From Candidatus Bathyarchaeota archaeon (GTDB lineage: Archaea; Thermoproteota; Bathyarchaeia; Bathyarchaeales; Bathycorpusculaceae), in assembly GCA_963772455.1 (NCBI GenBank), contig CAVYXJ010000013.1, positions 1 through 64,000 of the forward strand: DNA of 64,000 nt, in the 5' to 3' direction. How positions within the stretch are numbered: the stretch's first letter is position 1; every line of letters starts with the position of its first letter. This document shows positions 11,405 through 20,246 of this stretch, one piece after another. The notes under the pieces were generated by a model. It saw nothing but the letters and a program-made list of their open reading frames with translations. It was not told the origin of the DNA and did no database searches. Made by a program: the position numbers and the translations under genes.

Positions 11405-11629
11405 TTAGTACGGATCTTTTTTACCAGTCATATAAGCCCAAGCGCCAACGATTGCAACTGTTAGGACTGCACCTGCAAATCCTGCAACCATGAAGCTAGT
11501 TAAACCGGCTAAAGATGGCAAAACTAGTATCAGCCAAGGGATAAAGTATGTTGCTGTAACCTGTGCAATAACGCCTGCTACGAAACCCAAAACAGCTATT
11601 AAACCGAATATTTTCAATCTGCTATTCAT
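11405..11629 (-). CDS. Small two-TM membrane protein, divergent from the cdv operon
   Basis: 74 aa, two hydrophobic helices, AGGTGA SD upstream of the ATG. Confidence 0.7.
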   Translation of the reverse strand: MNSRLKIFGLIAVLGFVAGVIAQVTATYFIPWLILVLPSLAGLTSFMVAGFAGAVLTVAIVGAWAYMTGKKDPY

Positions 11630-11855
11630 TCAATTCACCTTTTTATTTTAGCAATCAGTTGGCGCTTCATTTTAGTCTAACTTACACGTTTCTGTATAAT
11701 TCCTCAAACACTCCCTTCTTGTTTAACGTTTATAGTTAAAGGATCAACGCAAAATTGCCATGACGTATAGCTGTACATATATACGTGCATATTTCGATCA
11801 TATTAACAACGTATAAGATTATTTTCTGTATCTTGTGCTTGCAGAGGTAATCAAA

Positions 11856-12515
11856 TTGTCAGAAAGATTCGCTAAAAAGTGGGAAAGTAAACGGGAAGAT
11901 GAACCCTTCGCAAACCGCATTAAAGACGCAGTAAAACCACCAGGACCACTAAAACCACGACTCGACTTCGCAGTCAGACGTATAGAGCTTCAAGTACAGA
12001 AGCTTGACCAAGCAACAGATAGATTCGGTCAAAGAGACAAAGCAATCTTCGCAAGAATAGTTGACGCTTACACAAAACATGACAGCGCACGCGCAAATGT
12101 CTTCGCAAACGAGCTAGCAGAAGTTAGAAAAATGTCAAAGTTAATAATGAACGCTAAACTTGCTCTCGAGCAAATCACATTAAGATTACGAACAGTCTCA
12201 GAACTAGGCGACGTTGTTTCAACTCTCGGTCCAGCCGTGGGTGTTCTACGTTCAGTCAAAGCAGGCTTAGTCAGCGTGTTTCCAGAAGCAGAAAGTGAAC
12301 TAGGCGAAATCGGTAACATGCTAAGCGGAATCATGATTGAAGCAGGCCAAGGCAGCGGAATGACACTAAACTTCGACACAGTAAACGAAGATGCATCAAA
12401 GATACTAACTGAAGCAGCAACAGTTGCAGAGCAAAAGATCAAAGACAAGTTCCCAGATCTGCCCCCAGGAATGCCATCATCCCCAGCGTCCCAAGCTGAA
12501 AAAACAACCTTCTAA
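11856..12515 (+). CDS. cdvB: ESCRT-III/Snf7 family protein (CdvB1/2-like paralog)
   Basis: Snf7-like helical core (ANELAEVRK..LALEQITLRLRTV..GD) and C-terminal FPDLP MIM2-like motif. TTG start at 11856 follows a GAGGT SD. Confidence 0.85.
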   Translation: MSERFAKKWESKREDEPFANRIKDAVKPPGPLKPRLDFAVRRIELQVQKLDQATDRFGQRDKAIFARIVDAYTKHDSARANVFANELAEVRKMSKLIMNAKLALEQITLRLRTVSELGDVVSTLGPAVGVLRSVKAGLVSVFPEAESELGEIGNMLSGIMIEAGQGSGMTLNFDTVNEDASKILTEAATVAEQKIKDKFPDLPPGMPSSPASQAEKTTF

Positions 12516-12536
12516 AGATAAGGAGAAAAACACAAA

Positions 12537-13256
12537 ATGTCTAACTCCAATCTTTTTCTTTCTATTGGCAAACCAATAAAGAATGAATATGGAAGAGTAA
12601 TCGGAAAAGTAGCTTCTTTCGCATTAACTCCAAGTGGAAAATTTGACGCCGTATACATCGAATTTGGCGACGGTCAATTCTCAAAACAGCCCATGGAAAG
12701 CCTAAGATTCAATGGCGCTGACATCACATTCATCTCAAAAATCAAGAATCAAGCAGGCACCCTTTGTGACCACATACCCTTAATCTGGCGCAAAGACGAA
12801 GCCCTAAAAGACCTCTTAGACAAAAAGAAAATTACACCTGAAGTCTGCCAAGATCTCCACAACAGCTTCACCAGTGTTTTAACACAACTAAAGAAAGACG
12901 CTCAAATAATCATCGACGAATCCGGAATAGAAATCGAACGATGCACAGAAGAAATATCCTCACTCAGCTACGCAATTGCTAACCTTGAAATTGAACACGA
13001 AATCGGAAAAGTCGATGAAGAAAACTACCGAAGCGCTTTCACACTATTACAAGACACCCTAAGAAGAGCCACCACAGAAAAAACAGACTACGAATTGACA
13101 AAAAGCAAACTCTCAAGCGTACTACTAGGAGACCAATCACAAACTACACAGCAAAGAACAAACAAAATCTACGCTGAACAAGTATCCAACGCATCAAAAC
13201 TTCCAGAGCCTCCAGTTGTTGTTTACGTTAAAGAAATAGGGAAAGCTGGAATTTAA
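12537..13256 (+). CDS. cdvA: Cell division protein CdvA
   Basis: N-terminal PRC-barrel-like IGKPIKNEYGRVIGKV, coiled coil and C-terminal PPVVVYV peptide. Lies between ESCRT-III genes. Confidence 0.85.
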   Translation: MSNSNLFLSIGKPIKNEYGRVIGKVASFALTPSGKFDAVYIEFGDGQFSKQPMESLRFNGADITFISKIKNQAGTLCDHIPLIWRKDEALKDLLDKKKITPEVCQDLHNSFTSVLTQLKKDAQIIIDESGIEIERCTEEISSLSYAIANLEIEHEIGKVDEENYRSAFTLLQDTLRRATTEKTDYELTKSKLSSVLLGDQSQTTQQRTNKIYAEQVSNASKLPEPPVVVYVKEIGKAGI

Positions 13257-13297
13257 TCAAGCTTAAACATTGAACAATAGGTGTGGAGGGCTAAAAA

Positions 13298-14191
13298 ATA
13301 AAAAGCTTAACTAATCAAACCCCTCCCCCTATACGTGAAGTAGCTACAAAATCTATTTTTACTTTAAAAGTCCAGCAAAATAAACTAGAACAAGCAAGTT
13401 TTCGCTTAAAAGAGCGAGATCGAATTCTTTTTGAAACATGCATGTTTGCATTAAAAAAGAATAATAAAGATAAAGCCGCAATGTGCGCTACCGAGATTGC
13501 GGAAGTCCGAAAAATCATAAAGTTTCTCTACAATGTTCAGTTAGCAATTGAACGAGTAGTTATGCGCCTTGAAACAATAAAGGAATTAGGCGATATAGTT
13601 GCCGATTTAAAACCTGCTTTACGATTACTTCAAGGTGTTTCTCAAGAATTATTCCAGGTTCTGCCTGACGTCAGCTCAGAACTAAGTACCGTTAATCAAA
13701 CAATCCAAGATACACTCCACGCCACAAAACTTTCTGGCGATGAGAATGTCATTCCAGTTGGAAAGAAGACAGAGGCAGGCGAAGAAATCCTAAAAGAAGT
13801 CTCCTGCTTCATCGAACAAAAACTATCTGAAACCCTTCCAGAACCACCAATATCTGCTCCAGTGAAAGAGAAAACCCCAATTAAAGAACTCGTTGCTTTA
13901 ACAGCAAGTTCTTCACAGATCTTTTCTCGAAAAACAGTGGAGGAATCTGGGTTTGACCCGGAAAAGACACTGTTTTCATACAAAAAATCTGAAATTAAAG
14001 AATTCTCGCTTAAAGTTGAGAAGCCCTGTTTAGAAGATGTACTTCTTGAATATGTCCGCAAAACAAACGGCGAGATTGATTTAAGCCGTTGTTCGAATGA
14101 ATTAAAGACTTCTAACGAAGAAATTGAGCGTGCCCTAGAAAACTTGGGAACCAAGGGCAAAATAAAAATTGAGTTACGTTCGCCAGAATAA
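13298..14191 (+). CDS. cdvB: ESCRT-III CdvB with C-terminal winged-helix extension; likely start upstream of track ATG (ATA at 13298)
   Basis: Snf7 core, LPEPP motif and C-terminal wH (LLEYVRKTNGEIDLSRCSNEL..IERALENL..KGKIKI). The frame is open from 13295 and encodes the otherwise missing helix 1. Confidence 0.8.
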   Translation: MKSLTNQTPPPIREVATKSIFTLKVQQNKLEQASFRLKERDRILFETCMFALKKNNKDKAAMCATEIAEVRKIIKFLYNVQLAIERVVMRLETIKELGDIVADLKPALRLLQGVSQELFQVLPDVSSELSTVNQTIQDTLHATKLSGDENVIPVGKKTEAGEEILKEVSCFIEQKLSETLPEPPISAPVKEKTPIKELVALTASSSQIFSRKTVEESGFDPEKTLFSYKKSEIKEFSLKVEKPCLEDVLLEYVRKTNGEIDLSRCSNELKTSNEEIERALENLGTKGKIKIELRSPE

Positions 14192-14214
14192 TAGAGAGAA
14201 GGAGAGAAAACAGT

Positions 14215-15408
14215 ATGAGCGCATCAAATGAACTTGAAAGAGGAGCGACAGCTTACGCCCTGGATGCTGTACGTTTAGATAAGCAAGGGCAAAAAGGAAG
14301 AGCCATTACCCTATATCAAAAAGCAATTGAAAGCCTCCTGCAACTTGTGCAGCTTTACCCAGAGTACGGCTTAAACAAAGTTTACGTACAACGGGCAATC
14401 GCTTATCAAGAAAGAATCAAAGCACTCCAAGGAACTGTCTCGTCGAATGAAATGAATCAAGCCGCAAACGATGATGCTTCAGGAGGCGGAGGAGGAGCAA
14501 CGATGGATGGAAACGGAAATGGCAGCAGTAATGGTAAGCCAAACGAGGAACTCGTAATGACAGAGAAACCTAAAGTTAATTGGGCTGAAGTTGTGGGCTT
14601 AGATACAGCTAAAAAAGCAGTAAAAGAAGCCATTGTTTACCCAGTACAACGACCCGATCTATTCCCACTCGGTTGGCCACGAGGCATCCTACTGTTTGGT
14701 CCTCCTGGCTGCGGCAAAACTTTACTAGCAGCAGCAGTTGCAACCGAGATTGATGCAAACTTCTACTCAATTGACGCAGCTTCAATCATGTCAAAGTGGT
14801 TAGGCGAAGCAGAACAGAACGTAGCTAAACTATTCGGTTCTGCACGCAAATCAGCTACTGACGGTAGACCAGCAATAGTATTTGTCGACGAACTGGACTC
14901 GTTAATGGGTAACCATTCTAACGAGGTAGGAGGCGAAATCCGCGTCAAAAACCAGTTCCTCAAAGAAATGGACGGCATCGTTGACAAAGGCAAAGCATTG
15001 CACGTTTACGTAATAGGCGCGACGAACAAACCTTGGGATTTAGATTGGGCTTTCATCAGACGATTCCAAAAACGTATTCTGGTGCCTTTAGCTGACCATG
15101 CCACCAGACTTAACATGCTTAAACTCTACTCGAGTAATCTGCAAATTGAACCGGATGTGGATTTGCGTGAGTTAGCTCGGATCTCAGAGGGCTTCTCAGG
15201 AAGCGACATACGCGATGTCTGCCAATCAGCACAACTCAGCCTTATCGGAGAATTCTTCGAGTCAGGCAAAGCAATGGATAAAGAAGCAAAACCACGTGCC
15301 TTAACAATGGCAGATTTCCAACAAATCTTTGAAGACCGCAAACCAAGCGTCTCACTCGATATGCTGTCACAGTATAACAGATGGTTCGAAGCGTTCAAAG
15401 CACTATAA
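14215..15408 (+). CDS. cdvC: Vps4-like AAA+ ATPase CdvC (MIT + AAA)
   Basis: N-terminal MIT (AVRLDKQG..AITLYQKAI), Walker A GPPGCGKT, pore loop SKWLGE, Walker B FVDELD and ATNKPWDLD..RRF. Confidence 0.92.
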   Translation: MSASNELERGATAYALDAVRLDKQGQKGRAITLYQKAIESLLQLVQLYPEYGLNKVYVQRAIAYQERIKALQGTVSSNEMNQAANDDASGGGGGATMDGNGNGSSNGKPNEELVMTEKPKVNWAEVVGLDTAKKAVKEAIVYPVQRPDLFPLGWPRGILLFGPPGCGKTLLAAAVATEIDANFYSIDAASIMSKWLGEAEQNVAKLFGSARKSATDGRPAIVFVDELDSLMGNHSNEVGGEIRVKNQFLKEMDGIVDKGKALHVYVIGATNKPWDLDWAFIRRFQKRILVPLADHATRLNMLKLYSSNLQIEPDVDLRELARISEGFSGSDIRDVCQSAQLSLIGEFFESGKAMDKEAKPRALTMADFQQIFEDRKPSVSLDMLSQYNRWFEAFKAL

Positions 15409-15617
15409 TATTGGAGGGCAAAAAAACAAAATCAAAAAAATGGGTTGGGTGGAAAGGTTTGGAGAACTATTAATTTTAGCTCCCTCTCCCTTCTCCCCTC
15501 AAACAAATCTCCAAACCCCACAAACCAAAACCAACCCATTTTCAATTTTATTTCTAAGATTTGTTACAACACAATGCAATCACACATCCTTAACTGCCTC
15601 CAAACGGAAACATACAT

Positions 15618-15851
15618 GTGAGTAAAATGACTCTTGACAACCGACTGGAAATAATAGGGTTCTGCGAAAAACCAAAAGACAAAAGCAGAATTATGAACCG
15701 CCTCGGTTTAAACGACGTAACAGCCGAGTCATACTTGACAATACTCATGTCACAATGTATGCTCGAGCAAAATAATGGCAAATACGTAGTAACCAAAAAA
15801 GGACAAGGGTACCTTTCTTCCAGCGTCAGAATCAAAAAAATCAAATCATAA
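15618..15851 (+). CDS. Small winged-helix DNA-binding protein
   Basis: KSRIM..LGLN..YLTIL..KYVVTKKG pattern of small archaeal wHTH proteins. Confidence 0.7.
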   Translation: MSKMTLDNRLEIIGFCEKPKDKSRIMNRLGLNDVTAESYLTILMSQCMLEQNNGKYVVTKKGQGYLSSSVRIKKIKS

Positions 15852-15907
15852 ATTAAGTAAAAATATTTTTCGCAAACGATTTCGATGCAGTATAAGTTTA
15901 CAAAAAA

Positions 15908-16417
15908 TTAAGGACTGCTTTTCATTTCTTCTTTAAAGGTTTCCTCTAACATTTTCTTATTTATACCAATTTCTTCAGCTAGACGTTTGACCTGTTTTAC
16001 ATAAGTGCGGAATAATGATTGAAGAATTTCTGCTTTTTCATTTTCAGTTAACTCTTTTTCCTCAGCCATCAAAAGAGCGAACCATTTTCCTAGATTGGTA
16101 AGTTGATAGGCTTTGATCCAGATGATTCGACCCTCTTTATCGTTTTTTTCCATGGATTCATTCAATACACCAAGGGTTGTCAGAGTCTTTAGGTTTTCAA
16201 TGATGGTTTTGTTTGAATAGTTTAGGGTTTTAACAAGATCTTTTTGGTAGATGTTTTTGGCAATTCCTTGCTTTAGGCTGAATCGAAGTACATCGACACC
16301 TGCTTTGCTGCCGAATATCGCAGATAGTATTTTATCTTTTTTCTCCGTTTTTGGAAGAAATACTACATATGGATGTAATTTTTCGCTCACAAGAGCTCTC
16401 TCTATTGTCTTATCCAA
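15908..16417 (-). CDS. Winged-helix (ArsR-like) transcriptional regulator
   Basis: YQKDL..YSNKTIIENLKTL..GVL..YQLTNLG. Confidence 0.65.
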   Translation of the reverse strand: MDKTIERALVSEKLHPYVVFLPKTEKKDKILSAIFGSKAGVDVLRFSLKQGIAKNIYQKDLVKTLNYSNKTIIENLKTLTTLGVLNESMEKNDKEGRIIWIKAYQLTNLGKWFALLMAEEKELTENEKAEILQSLFRTYVKQVKRLAEEIGINKKMLEETFKEEMKSSP

Positions 16418-16567
16418 CGTTTTTACATTTAAGAATTACCCCAAAAAACAGGTAATATTATTATCAAAAACTTGCCACACCTCCAACTTCTGAGATTAAG
16501 GTGTAATTTTGAAAAACTGTTTTATACTGCAATGCTGTTTGGTGCAATTATTGAGGGGCTATTCCAA

Positions 16568-17539
16568 ATGAACAAAACCATTACTATCTTCATAGTTGTT
16601 CTTACAATTTGTTCTTTATCGTTTACAATGTTTCCAGGCGCACTTAGTCAAGATCAAAAAGGAAGCCTAAAAATTTTGGATTACAGCTATTACATTGACT
16701 CGCTTGGTCTAATAGTAATAGTAGGTCAAGTTCAGAATCAAGGAACTAGTACCGTTACATCTGTTTTCGTAACAGGCTCCATTAGTTCCCAAGATGGTGT
16801 TTATCAATCAAGTTCATATACAATACTCGGGATACCCCCAGCCGAATTAACTTACTTAAATCCACAACAAAAAGCACCATTCTACATGGATTTTTATCCG
16901 CCACAAAATTCTCCAGATGGAACATGGAACTCCATTGACATCGCTAACATTAACTTACAAATTGCTCAAGCAAACGCCACCGCGAATTACCAATACCCTG
17001 ATTTAACAATCACAAGCAAACAATCCTCTATTGGTAGTACATCAGAAGACAAAGGAGTTTTCTGGGTAACCGGAAACATCCAAAATATCGGTACCCAAAC
17101 AGCAAGCAACATTACAGTATTTGGAACATTTTACAACTCAACAGGCGCCACAGTTGCAGTAGGCTATGGCAACACTGTTAATTCGCTGTCGCCCTCTAAT
17201 TCAGCTTCATTTAAACTTGGAGCTTTCGACCTAAATCAAACAGGTATACCTGCATCCAAAAAAATCACAGATTACTCGCTCCTAATACGTGTCCAAGCTC
17301 CAATTCGTCAAGGAACTCCACCTGTGATTGTCCCAACTGCCTCTCCAAACCCCACAATTAACCCTTCAACGACTTCAACTTCAACAAATTCTTCTCCTTC
17401 TCCAACTGTAACACAGTCTGGCTCTGACTCGACTGATTCCCAGGCAATCCCAACATGGATCTATGCTGTCATTATAGTAATAGCAATAGTAGCGATAACT
17501 GCGGGACTGTTAGTTTTTCGTAAACGCAAATCAAAATAA
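16568..17539 (+). CDS. Secreted, C-terminally anchored surface protein with two FxLYD-like domains and Ser/Thr/Pro linker
   Basis: Signal peptide from ATG 16568. Repeats 'VGQVQNQG..L.PQQKAPF' and 'TGNIQNIG..FYNSTG..LSPSNSASF'. S/T/P stalk, then TM and RKRK. Confidence 0.75.
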   Translation: MNKTITIFIVVLTICSLSFTMFPGALSQDQKGSLKILDYSYYIDSLGLIVIVGQVQNQGTSTVTSVFVTGSISSQDGVYQSSSYTILGIPPAELTYLNPQQKAPFYMDFYPPQNSPDGTWNSIDIANINLQIAQANATANYQYPDLTITSKQSSIGSTSEDKGVFWVTGNIQNIGTQTASNITVFGTFYNSTGATVAVGYGNTVNSLSPSNSASFKLGAFDLNQTGIPASKKITDYSLLIRVQAPIRQGTPPVIVPTASPNPTINPSTTSTSTNSSPSPTVTQSGSDSTDSQAIPTWIYAVIIVIAIVAITAGLLVFRKRKSK

Positions 17540-17632
17540 AAAAAACAATGGCTCGAATTTCACGAACTAAACCAAAATCTGGACTCGTGAACTGTGCCAT
17601 TCTTTAAATATTTCTTTCACTAAGGATATTTT

Positions 17633-18487
17633 ATGAGTTTCAGACCTCAAACTGGTTCACGCCGTGGCAGTGGCAAACAACTATCAAAGAGTGCACACGA
17701 CAAAAAAGCAAAAGAAAAGAAACAGCGTTCAGGCGCTAAATACCTGCAGGAAGAAGTCCCACAGTTTTCAGCAGCGGAAGTTGTAGAAAAGACTCTTAAT
17801 GGGCTGGGTAAACTTGGAAACCAAATTTTTGCTCTTTCACCGTTTAGCCAATACTTTGATGATTGGCTTGTAAATGTGCGACAGGTAATTTCAGAGCTTG
17901 AATCCACTCCTACAATAGTTGTCGACGAGCAGTTCGTTAAAGAAAGAACTCAAATTTTCCTAGACATCGAAGCGGCCCTTACAGAAAACAGGTTTCAAGA
18001 ATCAAACTTAACTAATGAAGCAAAAGAATTAGCAGAAAACAACCACCAAATCGCGGAAACTGATAAACAATATGCTGAAGAAACAAGAGAACGCAACAAT
18101 AAAAGAAACTCAGAAGTGCAACAGTTATCCACCAAAATCCGAGAGTTAGAAGACCAATTAGCACGTGAACAAGAAATCAAAATCAGCTTTTATAAATTTA
18201 ATGCAAGGAAGAAAGCTACACAACAAATTGCTCAAACAACACATAATCTCAAAGCTGCCAAAAACGAGTTAGAAGTGACACTGCAGACTTTTACAACTGA
18301 ACAAGAAAAACTCCACGACAATTATGAGAAACATAAACAGGAACTAAATGAGAACTCTGATCGGCTGCACAAGGAACTGGAGAAACTTGAAACAGACACA
18401 TCAATTATCGCTAGACAAACAGCGTGTAACTCGTTAATATGCACAATAAATGCTCTACTAAAAAGAACGCCAGTGTCAACCACTTAA
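17633..18487 (+). CDS. Hypothetical coiled-coil protein with basic N-terminus
   Basis: 284-aa ORF with heptad-rich C-terminal half. Confidence 0.65.
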   Translation: MSFRPQTGSRRGSGKQLSKSAHDKKAKEKKQRSGAKYLQEEVPQFSAAEVVEKTLNGLGKLGNQIFALSPFSQYFDDWLVNVRQVISELESTPTIVVDEQFVKERTQIFLDIEAALTENRFQESNLTNEAKELAENNHQIAETDKQYAEETRERNNKRNSEVQQLSTKIRELEDQLAREQEIKISFYKFNARKKATQQIAQTTHNLKAAKNELEVTLQTFTTEQEKLHDNYEKHKQELNENSDRLHKELEKLETDTSIIARQTACNSLICTINALLKRTPVSTT

Positions 18488-18500
18488 GAATAACAAATTA

Positions 18501-18713
18501 TCAAAGCTGCATTTTGCTTTGAGGAATTGGTCCGGGTCCAACCAGAGTCTTTAACGATTTCAATTCGTCCCTTAAAACGCCAACTTCACTTTCAAGTGCA
18601 ACAGCTTTTGCATCAGCTATTTTTTTGAGTCCTTCGATTTCAACTAAAAGGTTTTTTTTCTCAGCTTCCAAGGTCTTTATTTTTTCGACAGTATTTTTTA
18701 AACTGCTGCTCAT
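18501..18713 (-). CDS. Small coiled-coil protein
   Basis: MSSSLKNTVEKIKTLEAEK... heptads. AAGGGG SD precedes the ATG at 18713. Confidence 0.55.
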   Translation of the reverse strand: MSSSLKNTVEKIKTLEAEKKNLLVEIEGLKKIADAKAVALESEVGVLRDELKSLKTLVGPGPIPQSKMQL

Positions 18714-18896
18714 TTGGTTTCCCCTTCTGGAAGTAGATTGTTCTTTTTGCACTTAAGACTTTTGCAAACAAGAATAAAGACGAAGTTTATCATATATAGA
18801 CAAAAAAATGAGAATACCCACAAACAGATGCAGTTTTATATAGGTATAAGCAAATTAAAGATTGTAATTTAGTTCGTATTGTTGGATTGTGTCTAA

Positions 18897-20246
18897 ATGA
18901 GGAAGACTATCTTCAAAAAGCTCGAAGCTCAGGGATTAATTGCAAATTACAACCGTTTGCGGAAGAATTTGCCGCCTAAGCTTCCTGACCGCGTATTCAT
19001 ATGGGATGAAACCTTCAGGGAAGGCATCAAAGCGCCTACGGTTTACTTAACGTACGTTGAGCAAGTTAGACTTGCAAAATTAATGGATGAAGCAGGCGTT
19101 GCTATTATAAACGTTGGTTTCCCAGCTTTATCCGAAGAAGAAAAACGAACAGTAAAACGAATTGTTAATGAGACTTTTACATATTCCAAGCTTACAGCAT
19201 CAGCCGAAGCAACAAAAAACAGCATTAACGCATGTTTGGAAAGCGGAATAAAAGACATAACAATTGAATCCCCAATCAATGGATTAAATTTGCATTACAA
19301 GTTAAAAATAACTAAGGAACAAGCGCTTCAAAGAATAGTTGAAGGCATAGAATACGCTAAGAAACACGGCACAAACGTAAACTTCGTTCTCGTAGATGCT
19401 ACAAGAACACCGCTTGAAGATATACTGCAAGTTTTCGAATTAGCAGTCAAAGCGGGTGCCAGTAGATTAGGCATAGCTGATAGTGTAGGCTTCATAAGAC
19501 CGCTTTCGATGCGTTACCTAGTTTCACATATCAGAGATGGGTTGCCTGACGCCATCAGAAAGAAAGCACCACTCTCCATTCATTGTCATAACGATTTCGG
19601 TTTATCCTCAGCAAATACACTAGCAGCAATGGAAGAAGGCGTATCATATCTCCATACCTGCATCGCAGGATTTGGCGAACGCGCAGGCATAGCACCCTTC
19701 GAAGAAGTTGTAACTGCAGCTGAACTTCTCTACAACGTCGACACCGGCATAGATATGGGAAAAATCTACAGACTCGCCCAATCAGCCGAAAAAGCATTCG
19801 CACTCCCAATACAATTCCACAAACCCATAATCGGCGAAAACATTTTCACTCACGAAGTTGAAGAAGAAGTCGAAGAAATGATGGCTAATCCACTAGTTTT
19901 CGAGCCTTTCCCACCCGAAATCGTTGGCAGAGAAACAATGATATTCATAGGCAGAAACACCGGTCAAACCCTTATCCAAAAACTACTTGAGAAAGCTGGA
20001 ATTCGCGCATCTCCCAGGCAAATGGATGAGCTCTTCAGACGAATCAAAGGACCGCAAGAAAGCCTCGATAAAGGCGAAGCCCAAATGACTTACTATCAAG
20101 TCAAAAAACTTATGAAAGAACTGCTTAAAGGCTATACGATGGATGAGTTCTGGCGTTTAGTAGAACAAGTAACAAGGCAAAAACCTAAAATGCCAAAAAC
20201 TCCCAAGAAGCAATCTGACGACACAGCTGATCAACTAATACCTTAG
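18897..20246 (+). CDS. Homocitrate/isopropylmalate synthase family (DRE-TIM) protein with divergent active-site motifs
   Basis: DETFREG, IADSVG, IHCHNDFG, GFGERAG and PIQFHKPIIGENIFTHE motifs. Confidence 0.8.
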   Translation: MRKTIFKKLEAQGLIANYNRLRKNLPPKLPDRVFIWDETFREGIKAPTVYLTYVEQVRLAKLMDEAGVAIINVGFPALSEEEKRTVKRIVNETFTYSKLTASAEATKNSINACLESGIKDITIESPINGLNLHYKLKITKEQALQRIVEGIEYAKKHGTNVNFVLVDATRTPLEDILQVFELAVKAGASRLGIADSVGFIRPLSMRYLVSHIRDGLPDAIRKKAPLSIHCHNDFGLSSANTLAAMEEGVSYLHTCIAGFGERAGIAPFEEVVTAAELLYNVDTGIDMGKIYRLAQSAEKAFALPIQFHKPIIGENIFTHEVEEEVEEMMANPLVFEPFPPEIVGRETMIFIGRNTGQTLIQKLLEKAGIRASPRQMDELFRRIKGPQESLDKGEAQMTYYQVKKLMKELLKGYTMDEFWRLVEQVTRQKPKMPKTPKKQSDDTADQLIP

